Positions 1 to 9,300 of a DNA stretch of 64,000 nucleotides are shown piece by piece (the first letter of the stretch is position 1; every line of letters starts with the position of its first letter). Below the pieces are notes generated by a model. That model saw only the letters and a program-made list of their open reading frames with translations. It made no database searches and was not told where the DNA came from. Made by a program: the position numbers and the translations under genes. The stretch comes from a virus, in the IMG/VR virus record IMGVR_UViG_3300044797_000396, positions 1 to 64,000 of that record; one strand, 5' to 3'.

Positions 1-1278
1 ACTTTGATCGCTTTCTTGAATACTGCTACTGCTACCTTAACTAGCAGTCAGGTGGATTTCAGCGATTTTGCAGCCATCACACAAGATTATAGATTACAAA
101 TCAATGGTTCTGTGGCTGTCAATCCTACTACTGGATTGAGTAACGATGGTCTCTATGATATTACTGGTTTCGATGCTATGACCAATACTCTTACTTTGGC
201 TATGGCTTTTGTTAGCTCCAGCGGTCTCAGATATGAAGTATTGGATCCAAGTGCTAGCGGCACCACCACTTATTTGATCCTGAACCAAAACGTGGTTCCT
301 AACGGTAACCAGCTGAGAGTGACCATCGTGGATCAAAGAGACGCAGCCTTCTTCGATGCGGGTTGGGTCAATGCTTTGGCCGCTTTGGAAACCGTGGAAT
401 GCGACATTGTGGTCCCTCTACCAAATCAAACCATCAGCGTTATTTTCCAAAACGCTCTCAGCCACTGTATCGCACAAAGCAATATTGTTAACAGACACGA
501 AAGAATTTTGTTTATCGGAGCCATCAATGGTTTGACTCCTGCCAACTTGACTGGTGCTCAACTAGCCGCAGTGGAAGATTTGGGTATCTTGGAAGGAATT
601 CCAAACAACGATATTACTAGTACTTTAGCTGGTAACATTCAAGACATCGCTAACTACTCAGTTCCCAATGCTTATGGCTTCACCTTCCGTTGCGTGTATT
701 TTTATCCCGACCAGATTGTGGTACAGGCCGGTGCTAACAACGTCTTGATTGATGGTTTCTACATCGCTGCTGCTGCCGCAGGTTACGCCAATGCAGACTT
801 GGCTCTCCAGAATCCATTCACCAATAAGGTGTTTAGCGGATTCACCATCCTCAATAACAAAATGTTTTCTAACACCGTACTTGAATCATTGGCTGCTGCG
901 GGTGTCACTACCCTCCAACCAGTGGCAGGCGGTGGTAGAGTGGTTTGGGGAATTACCACTACTCAATCTGGTTTCCCAGAAGAACAAGAAATCTCTGTCG
1001 TCTTTATTAGAGACAGAGTGGCCAAGGTACTTCGTGCCGGATTCGAGGGATTTGTAGGAACTCCTCAAACAGCAAGCACTGCAAACTCATTAAACACAGA
1101 AGCGGTTATTCTATTAAACTCCTTGATTGCGCAAGGATTAATAACGGCCTTTACTGGATTGACAGTAGTTCAGGATTCAGTAGATCCTCGTCAATGGGAT
1201 ATTTCAGTAATTATCCAACCAACATATCCAATTAACTGGATCTACATCACAGTTACCGTAGGTAATTTGGGAGCTTGA
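1..1278 (+). CDS. Contractile tail sheath protein (5'-truncated by window)
   Basis: The frame is open from position 1. The C-terminus has sheath-like features (GVTTLQPVAGGGRVVWGITT, ISVVFIRDRVAKVLRAGFEGFVG, PTYPINWIYITVTV). It lies directly upstream of a tube-like gene. Confidence 0.85.
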   Translation, partial: TLIAFLNTATATLTSSQVDFSDFAAITQDYRLQINGSVAVNPTTGLSNDGLYDITGFDAMTNTLTLAMAFVSSSGLRYEVLDPSASGTTTYLILNQNVVPNGNQLRVTIVDQRDAAFFDAGWVNALAALETVECDIVVPLPNQTISVIFQNALSHCIAQSNIVNRHERILFIGAINGLTPANLTGAQLAAVEDLGILEGIPNNDITSTLAGNIQDIANYSVPNAYGFTFRCVYFYPDQIVVQAGANNVLIDGFYIAAAAAGYANADLALQNPFTNKVFSGFTILNNKMFSNTVLESLAAAGVTTLQPVAGGGRVVWGITTTQSGFPEEQEISVVFIRDRVAKVLRAGFEGFVGTPQTASTANSLNTEAVILLNSLIAQGLITAFTGLTVVQDSVDPRQWDISVIIQPTYPINWIYITVTVGNLGA

Positions 1279-1285
1279 TATATAT
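1276..1285 (+). promoter_or_regulatory. Recurrent intergenic YGATATA motif (candidate phage late promoter)
   Basis: TGATATATAT upstream of the tube gene RBS (AGGAG). The same motif is at 13886, 30424, 34746, 37828, 40764 and 62651. Confidence 0.45.
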
Positions 1286-1304
1286 ACTTAGGAGTTAAAA
1301 TAAT

Positions 1305-1988
1305 ATGACTACAGGCTATCCACAAACTGGTTCAATACTAAATCTAGGAGATGCATTCGGTACTAACACTACTGATACAGCAATTTCAACTAATATCTTG
1401 ATTGCTGTCAGAACTCCAACTGGTTATCAACCAGTTGGTGCAGTTCAATCTATGGCAATCTCTGAAAAGAGATCTATTAAGATGATCGATGAAGTTGGAA
1501 CAGATGGTCATATTGACTCTGTCCCTAATCAATCAACTAACATTACTGGCACTTGCCAAAGAGTTAGATTCCAAAAACTACGTGTTGCCGAAGCGTTTGA
1601 TAGAGGCTTCTTGCATGTGGCTGCCCAAGTGTATCCTTTTGATATTGTTATCTTTGACAAGCAAAAGTTTGCTGTCAATGCTCAGGTAACTACCATTATT
1701 AAGAACGTTTGGATTTCTGGCATTGATTATACTTACCAAGTCAGCGATTGGGTTATTACCGATAGCATGAGCTGGGAAGCGGAACAAATTTATAGCCAAG
1801 TTAACGGTGGTCCAGCTGCTACGGGTGGTCAAGACAACTTGCTCAAGCCGTTCGGTGGAGCTAACAATCCAACCTGGATCGAGTCTCAAACCGATATGGG
1901 TTCCAGTGGCAGAAGAGGTTCTTTGGATGCTGCCGGTCTTATCGATATTGGAAGTGCTCAGTACCCAGCTTCTGTTGGTATTTACTAA
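1305..1988 (+). CDS. Tail tube protein
   Basis: 227 aa, follows the sheath gene, AGGAG RBS. Beta-rich tube-like pattern (VGAVQSMAISEKR..EVGTDG, PFDIVIFD, IKNVWISGIDYTYQVSDWVITDSMSWEAE). Confidence 0.75.
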   Translation: MTTGYPQTGSILNLGDAFGTNTTDTAISTNILIAVRTPTGYQPVGAVQSMAISEKRSIKMIDEVGTDGHIDSVPNQSTNITGTCQRVRFQKLRVAEAFDRGFLHVAAQVYPFDIVIFDKQKFAVNAQVTTIIKNVWISGIDYTYQVSDWVITDSMSWEAEQIYSQVNGGPAATGGQDNLLKPFGGANNPTWIESQTDMGSSGRRGSLDAAGLIDIGSAQYPASVGIY

Positions 1989-2013
1989 TCATTACTAACA
2001 ATATAAAGTCTAT

Positions 2014-2049
2014 AAAACGCCTGGTCTTCGTGATCAGGCGTTTTTGTTT
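2014..2049 (+). terminator. Rho-independent terminator after tube gene
   Basis: AAAA-CGCCTGGTC-ttcgt-GATCAGGCG-TTTTTGTTT: 9-bp stem with one G-U pair, followed by a U tract. Confidence 0.85.
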
Positions 2050-2075
2050 GTTATATATTTAGTTAGGAGTTGTAA

Positions 2076-2762
2076 ATGCCAAAGTTCGAAAGCCCAATTA
2101 GTTCTAAACAAATCAATAGTCCTCCAATGAAGGATTTTAGAGTGCCAGATGAAAGTGGATTTAACCCACCTCCTCCGCCTCCACCACATCGTCATGTCCA
2201 AGAGACGCAACCACCACCTTTTGATCCAGTAGCTATGAGAGAGTTTGAGTCTTCTATGCAGCCTCAACGAGCGCCCCTCCCAATGAAGGAGATGAGCGAT
2301 GTAGAGAGGCAGATTTTCGAGGCTAAGAAGGCTAAGAGAGAGGGAAAAGAAAGATTGTCAGACGGTGCCAAACGTCGTATTGAGATGTTGATTGGTATGA
2401 CGCGTATGACCAAGACCGTTGACATCGAAGGTAATAATTTTAGCCTGCAAACATTACAAAATAGAGAGGCTCGAGAAGCCTTGGTAGCTGCGGCCGACTA
2501 TGATGGTACGGTACAATTTTCTTTTGAGTACTCTAAGCAATTACTGGCTCGCTCCCTAACACAAATAGCTGGCATCAGTTTCTCAGATTTTATCTCGTCC
2601 CATGATTTAGAAGATAAACTAAACTTTGTAGAGGACCTCCCACAAGCACTTTTCACCCGATTATATAATGAATATGTAGCGCTAGACGATGAATCAAGAG
2701 CTAAGTTTTCTCCTAAAACTGAAAATCAGGTGAAGGAGGTAGTAGAAGACCTAAAAAAATAA
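2076..2762 (+). CDS. Tail assembly chaperone (gpG-like)
   Basis: Lies between tube and tape measure genes, AGGAG RBS, and ends in the slippery sequence CTA AAA AAA TAA. Confidence 0.7.
   Translation: MPKFESPISSKQINSPPMKDFRVPDESGFNPPPPPPPHRHVQETQPPPFDPVAMREFESSMQPQRAPLPMKEMSDVERQIFEAKKAKREGKERLSDGAKRRIEMLIGMTRMTKTVDIEGNNFSLQTLQNREAREALVAAADYDGTVQFSFEYSKQLLARSLTQIAGISFSDFISSHDLEDKLNFVEDLPQALFTRLYNEYVALDDESRAKFSPKTENQVKEVVEDLKK
2753..2759 (+). promoter_or_regulatory. -1 programmed ribosomal frameshift slippery heptamer A AAA AAA
   Basis: The heptamer lies immediately before the chaperone stop. The -1 frame is open from here (KIINEPEHRFTWELCKIYRKLPNDPFIID) into the 2843..3112 ORF. Confidence 0.8.
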
Positions 2763-3112
2763 TAAATGAACCGGAACATCGTTTTACTTGGGAATTATGC
2801 AAGATTTACCGTAAGTTACCCAATGATCCATTCATTATAGATATGGACCCGGTTCTCAAATTATGGTTATACCATCATTGGTTAGGCGATCAAAGAGATG
2901 ATGCCGAACTAGCTAAAAATCACGCATATCTATTAGGATCTTTCTCGAATCCTGAGGCTGTCAAAGAAATGATGAATGATAATAAGCATGAATCTTCCGA
3001 TGAGGATATGGAAGAGTCGATGAAGATGGTAATGGAGACCGATGTACGTAAGCTGGAAGGCGGACAAACTCCTAAAAGAAGAAGACGCAGAAGAGCAACT
3101 TTGAAGGAATAA
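2759..3112 (+). CDS. Frameshifted C-terminal part of tail chaperone (gpGT-like; full product 2076..3112)
   Basis: The -1 frame is continuous from 2759 to the stop at 3112. The annotated ATG at 2843 has no evident RBS. Confidence 0.7.
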   Translation: MINEPEHRFTWELCKIYRKLPNDPFIIDMDPVLKLWLYHHWLGDQRDDAELAKNHAYLLGSFSNPEAVKEMMNDNKHESSDEDMEESMKMVMETDVRKLEGGQTPKRRRRRRATLKE

Positions 3113-3115
3113 TAA

Positions 3116-5359
3116 ATGGCCGATCCCACCACAACACCCACAGATCCAACAGCGCCCGTTATGCCGGATGTGGCTGCTACACAGAATGCTACTGCCGCCT
3201 ACGAAGAGTATGGTAATGCTGCGCGCAAGGTAATTGAATATGAAAAGCAGCATCGAGACAGCTTGCATTTGAGTAGTACGGCTATGGGCTTTGCTACCAC
3301 CGCAGCGGTAGGTGCGGCTAGCGGATTCAATCAATTGGCTCACGTTGATATGTCCAGGGTTAATACTTATACCAAACAGTTCGATGAGCTTGGCAATATT
3401 TTAACTAAAAATGGAACTATTGTTAAACTTTCTGTTGATAGTATGAATACATTAAAAAATGCTGTTGGGGCTATAGGAGGCTCTACTGTTGCAGGAATGA
3501 CTGAAGCGATGAAAGGTGGAACTGAAGGATTGATTGCCTATGGCAAACAGTTAGCGGCAGTAGCCGATCAACAGGTTATAACGCGAGAATCTATGATTCA
3601 AACCATGGCTACCACAGGTGATTTGAGTGGATTGTATGCAAAAACTAAATATGATCTTTCTCAGCTCAACGCTATGTCGAAAAAAGTTACAGATTCTCAG
3701 ATACTAGCGGATGGTGTTACCAAAATAGGCATCGAAACTGCAAGAAATTGGCAAGCACAATTATTTACTATACCTGGCGTACAAAAGGAATTAATAGAAA
3801 ATACTGGTAGAATGACGGCAAAAACGGACTTTTTTACTAAGACTGTCCAATTCGCTAAGGGAGCCGGCCGAGATTACAGTACTATGATTCAAGACATGAC
3901 CGTAGCTACCAAAGAGATGGGTATGTCTCAAGAAAAGGCTTTCCAATATACGGCAAGAATGACTGAAGCTGCCGAAGTGATGGGAGTACCCGTGGATGAT
4001 CTACGTATGGCCATAAATTCCTCTGCCGATGCTTTTCAAGCCTATGCTTCTAGTGGCGAACATGGCGCTAATGTGACGGATGGTTTAACAGAATCCATGA
4101 CAGAATACATCAAGTCTCTTAAAGACTCTGGTGTTCCGATGGCAACCGCTATTAATCTAGGTAAAGAAATGGCTGGCACTTTGGGTAGTATGGGCTTAGC
4201 TCAAAAATCTTTTTTGTCTTCTTCCACTGGCGGCCCTGGTGGTATGATGGGTGCTTTCAAGATTGAAGAGATGCTCAAAAAGGGAGACATCCAAGGTGTG
4301 CTTAGAAAGCAAAGAGAGGCTATGGAAAAAATGTTGGGACCTATTGTTTCCACCGAAGAAGCTGCTAGCAGTGAAGCCTCTGCTCAGAAGATGACCAAGC
4401 AAATTATGCTACTCAGACAAGGACCTTTGGGTCAATATGCCAAAAGTGATGCTGAGGCGGAAGACCTCTTAGATGCTATGAAAACTGGGGGAGGCCTTAG
4501 TGCTCTTGGCAAAGGCAATGGCAAGGGTGGGACCGCATTAGGAGATGTCAACAACAACCTAACTTTGCAAAAAGCTATTGAACAAGGAAACAAGTTAGCC
4601 CAAACTACAGATACTAGTGTTTCTAAAATAGAGGCTATGGTTAGACAAGCTCAACTAAGAGCTGGCATGGATGTAGGGAATAAAATAGGTCAGTTTACGG
4701 CACGTTCTGCTACTCGTAGTGGAGCTGGGGAGGGTATTCATCCAGAGTTACAAGCAGATTTACGTCGAGGCATGTTAAATGCGGGGTCTTCTTCTGCTTT
4801 GTCTTCTGATCAAGCTCCTAAAGATTTGAAAAGCATTCCATCTTCTTTGGGTATTTTAGGTAGGGCGGTGACCGAAAGTGGTAACAGTAATAAAGCGACC
4901 AACAGTGCCGCATCTATGAATCAAGATCTCATTAATAGAAAAGAGGCTATCTCTAGTGCATCTAGCGCAGATATCCAAATGCCTAATAAGGCAGAAGGGA
5001 TGTTTGGGGCAGCCATACAAGATACAAGCAATTTAGCTAAAAATCCATCCGCTCCACAAAGCGGAGGAGATATTTTTGGTGGTGGTATCGGTCAAGGATA
5101 TACTCCAGCCGGAAGACAAGTAGGTCAAGCCGTTCAATCGCCCAAGGGAGACGAAGATACCTTCGGTGGTAAGGGATCTAAAGCTGGAGGCGCTACTGCC
5201 GCTTCCACCACGATGCAATCCAATCAACCTATACCAGTTATGTTAGCCGATGGCAGCAGCATCACAGTCAACTTTACAGGTAAGTGCCCACATTGCAACT
5301 GGAATATTCATTCTAGTGAATCTGCCAGAAGCGTAAGCCCACAATCTAGTAACGGATAA
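3116..5359 (+). CDS. Tape measure protein
   Basis: 747 aa, Ala/Gly/Met/Lys-rich helical composition, directly after the G/GT chaperone. Confidence 0.75.
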   Translation: MADPTTTPTDPTAPVMPDVAATQNATAAYEEYGNAARKVIEYEKQHRDSLHLSSTAMGFATTAAVGAASGFNQLAHVDMSRVNTYTKQFDELGNILTKNGTIVKLSVDSMNTLKNAVGAIGGSTVAGMTEAMKGGTEGLIAYGKQLAAVADQQVITRESMIQTMATTGDLSGLYAKTKYDLSQLNAMSKKVTDSQILADGVTKIGIETARNWQAQLFTIPGVQKELIENTGRMTAKTDFFTKTVQFAKGAGRDYSTMIQDMTVATKEMGMSQEKAFQYTARMTEAAEVMGVPVDDLRMAINSSADAFQAYASSGEHGANVTDGLTESMTEYIKSLKDSGVPMATAINLGKEMAGTLGSMGLAQKSFLSSSTGGPGGMMGAFKIEEMLKKGDIQGVLRKQREAMEKMLGPIVSTEEAASSEASAQKMTKQIMLLRQGPLGQYAKSDAEAEDLLDAMKTGGGLSALGKGNGKGGTALGDVNNNLTLQKAIEQGNKLAQTTDTSVSKIEAMVRQAQLRAGMDVGNKIGQFTARSATRSGAGEGIHPELQADLRRGMLNAGSSSALSSDQAPKDLKSIPSSLGILGRAVTESGNSNKATNSAASMNQDLINRKEAISSASSADIQMPNKAEGMFGAAIQDTSNLAKNPSAPQSGGDIFGGGIGQGYTPAGRQVGQAVQSPKGDEDTFGGKGSKAGGATAASTTMQSNQPIPVMLADGSSITVNFTGKCPHCNWNIHSSESARSVSPQSSNG

Positions 5360-5374
5360 AACAAGGATTTTCTT

Positions 5375-6313
5375 ATGGCTACCTTTTCTCTTAACTCAGC
5401 TACGCAAGGTACTAACAGTCTTGCTGCCTCTCTTAACTCAGCTGATCCTGTTACGCAAGCGCAACTTGCTTCTAGCGGATCTTTGGCCTCTTCTACGCCA
5501 GTAGGTAGCGGTAATGACTTGCCTTACGCACAAATTGTGCCAGGCGTCAATGCTCAAATTGTTAGAAACATCATTACTTGGTATGTTCCTCAATTTGGTA
5601 CCGTACAGATGTTTATCAATCCACAAAATATTACTTATAATCACAAAAAGCTAATCAACAAAGATAGAACTAAGGGCGGATATACTTTACAATATTGGGG
5701 AGAGGAATTGAGCACTCTCAATATCTCGGGAACCACAGGTAGTTCGGGTATTGAAGGCATTAATATGTTATATGAGATTTATCGTGCAGAACAATATGCT
5801 TTTGATGCGGTGGGTTTAACCTTGGCTGCCAATAACGCTGCTGCGGATGTTTCTAATAATATTTCAGTTGGTGTGGGCGGAGCCATAGGGCAAGTCTTTG
5901 GTGGTACTAATTTAGTGTCAGGATCCAATACCGCTGGTATTCTAGGTGGTATATTAGGATTGAACTCACCACTTAATACTTTGTCAGCTAGAAATATTCC
6001 TACTTTGGCTTCTTTGGCTTTTGCGGTGGAAATGTATTATAATGGCTGGGTGTATCGAGGATTTTTTGAGAGTATGACGGTCACGGAAAGAGCTGACAAC
6101 TTCTTACTAGATTACCAAATGCTCTTTACTGTTACTCAAAGAAGAGGATATAGGACTAATTACTTTCCTTGGTCGGAAAGTCCGGTCAGTGGAGCTAGCA
6201 GCTATACCACCCCCGGTTCTTTCAGTGGTTATACAGTTGCTAATACTAATACGGGTGTAAATATTGGTGTAGCCAATCAATCTTTGGCAAGTACATTAAT
6301 TGATTTATTGTAA
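5375..6313 (+). CDS. Baseplate/tube-initiator protein
   Basis: MFINPQNITYNHKK..RTKGGY..QYWGEEL..LNISGTTG and YRGFFESMTVTE..LLDYQMLFTV resemble tube-fold initiator proteins. It follows the tape measure gene. Confidence 0.55.
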   Translation: MATFSLNSATQGTNSLAASLNSADPVTQAQLASSGSLASSTPVGSGNDLPYAQIVPGVNAQIVRNIITWYVPQFGTVQMFINPQNITYNHKKLINKDRTKGGYTLQYWGEELSTLNISGTTGSSGIEGINMLYEIYRAEQYAFDAVGLTLAANNAAADVSNNISVGVGGAIGQVFGGTNLVSGSNTAGILGGILGLNSPLNTLSARNIPTLASLAFAVEMYYNGWVYRGFFESMTVTERADNFLLDYQMLFTVTQRRGYRTNYFPWSESPVSGASSYTTPGSFSGYTVANTNTGVNIGVANQSLASTLIDLL

Positions 6314-6327
6314 GGGGATATGTATAA

Positions 6328-9300
6328 ATGTCTGATTTTTTAGGTTTGTTAGGGAATGCTATAAGTTCTCAATTTGGATTAGCCACCAGTGATACCACTT
6401 CATTGAATGAGGTAATTGATGGGCAACAACTTAGCACTGGCAGTCTTGGTGGTATAGCTTCTCAATTCGATCAATCCATAGAACGTAGATATACAGAAGA
6501 AGGTTATTTACGCAGAGATCCTTATGAGACAGACCCTCGTTTATCCGAGGTTTTGTGGCAGCAGCCTAGTGCTACCGTCTTATTCAAGAAAAAGATGTTT
6601 TCTTCTATTGCAGAAAATTATCGCCCTGACTTTATGGATCAAGACGAAAAATTGTACTATAAGGCTATGTGCCTGCTCTTCCAAAACAAATGTACACAAA
6701 TTGCGGCTCTTGAACAATTGAGCAAAATTTCGCAAGTTACAGCTGCGGTGGGCAGCATCGCTCAACAATTATTGCCGGTCATTGTGACTTTGGCCGATCA
6801 AGCCAACAACGGTTATGCCACGGGCAGCGGAACTGGTTTATTTCCTAATGGCAATCCCTTTGCCCCATCAGATGCCACCAGTTTTTTCCAAACGGTAGAT
6901 AGACTGCGAGTGTTGCAAGCTTATAATTTTACCTCCTCCTACACTAGTTGGATTACCGATCCTACCGATCTATTTCAATCCACTTTTGGCCCCGGTACGG
7001 GTGTCATTGAAATAACTAATTTTACTAGCCTCAACACTACTACTAGTGTGGATATTTTAAGTCCAGGCGGTTTTACACTTTCTATTTCCGATCCCTATGA
7101 GTCAATGTTGATTACTGATTATGATATCGAAATAGCGCTTAGTGATGCCACTAATGCTTATTATAATAACCAAGCTATTTCACAGGGTGTAGTAGCGGCC
7201 AATCAAACTATTACTCAGCAACAAAATATGCTTAATCAGGCTCGTAGTTCTAGAAATGCCAGCCCTATTTCTTTCAATGTCGATCCTAATACTATTTTAG
7301 GGCAGCCTATTACTGCCATCATCGATAGTTTAGGTTTAGAGATACCTTTTACTTATAATGCATTTGGTGGTTTAATAGGTTCCAGCAGCGCAGTGTCGGT
7401 ACCAGCCGATTATTTGCGCGGTGGTAATTTGGCAGGATACAATGGCCTAGATGACGGTACATTGCCTATCGGCCCTGATAGCAATATCGTTCCGCTCTTT
7501 GGCAGTAGTGAATTGTCTTTGTTCAACGCTATTATTACTGCTACTTTCCAGCAACTGACTTTGTTGCAAAACACGTCCACTAACTATGTGGCACAAAATC
7601 AACTGACCAATTACGCCCGTAAAAAATTGCGTTTCAATTTTTCTGGTTTGCTAATCATTCAACCTATGGATACTGTACATATCTATATGAACTCACGTAG
7701 CCAATACGATGCCAAAGTTTTGTCAGGACTACAACAGATGTTTAGTGGTGTGGGTATTCTAGGCAATCTCAACGATATGGCTACCTCATTGGTTAATCAG
7801 GTTGATACTCTGCTTAATCCCTCTGGCAATATTGCTATGCAAGCTGAAAAATCTATTTATGTCGGCCCTGATTTTCCTAATTATTTGTGGGCTCTATTGC
7901 GAACACAATTCGTGACAGAAATAGAAGGCACTCATGTTTTTGCGGGCGTAGTGGAGCACGCTAATGACAACTGGGCAGATGGCAAATTCACCATGAACAT
8001 AGATGGCAAAGACAACACTGCCTACTTCGATCAAGGTAAAATCAATTTCAAGCCAGGCGTGGATGCATTCAATGGTTTGATTTTTGATCCGCTTACCCCT
8101 TTCAAGTCCAACTTTGATAGCTTCACGGGTAATGCTTCGGCTCCCGTCACTTCTCAGAATTCTTCTAACACGCCCCAGCTTTTAGATGAGAATATGTATC
8201 TCTTGTCGGAGACAGCTTCTGGTTCTCTGGTACGATATAAACAAGGGGCTTTGTTTGGAGAGAAAGCTACACAAGGTAACTATATCCAGGACCAAAATAT
8301 TGATCCAGCCACTGGACGTCTGACCAAGATCTTTTATGCTCCCGATGGGCTGGTTTATAAGTGGAAACAAGGTATTGGTATTTTTGCACAGTCCGGCAGC
8401 ACCGCCACTCTCAATGATCCCAATCTGGTAGGTAATCCTAATATTTTCAACGAGCCTTTTGCTGGCCTGGATGTAATGAATGTCCTATCCTTGTTAATTG
8501 CAGGCGTCCCTTATAATTATGCCACTTACTTCAAGGCCACTTCTAATTTCAATGGTTTCACTGGCGATCCGAACAGTAAACAATCCAACTCTAATTCCTT
8601 TATGGATTCTTTGAGACTTAATTTGGTGAAGACTAATACCTTGTGGGGAAATTTTATTCCCTTCAAGACTTTGACTATGAACGAGGCTGCTATCGCTCAG
8701 TCTATGCAAGCTCAATTCACCGCTACTCAAATCAATTCTGATTTGGACAAAAAGCTCCAACAATTTTCTAATTATCAAACTCAACTAGTAGCTTTGGGAG
8801 CCATCAACGCCCTATCCAATTCTAGAAATATTTCTACGCCAGCTGAGAGCGGTGTCCTAGCCCAACAAAAAAGCACTTTGCTAGCCCAGGTTACTAATTT
8901 ACAAACAAGTATTCAGGGGTCTATCCAAGCACTACAAGCCGCCTCCACTCAGTTTTCTAGCCAAACTGGGACGGGTCCTGCCGATGCCACTAATTATCTA
9001 ACCAATGGTACCAACGATCCTTCTGATAGCCAAGCTCGTAAAACCATTCGTCGAGAAATTAATTATTTGACCAGGCGTATGTCTTATGACGTTCGTGCTA
9101 ATGAAGACAAGAATCTTTTTATAGTGGACGATTATTATGATGTGGATTATGACATTGCTGCCTTCAACTCTTCTTTGACAGATGGCTTGAAATTGTATAG
9201 CAATACTTACACTAGTGCTCGTGAAAATATTCAGACAGCTGCCGACCTACTAAACTTAGAAGTTTTTGCTGACTCACAAGGGCATATTCGAGTCAGGCCA

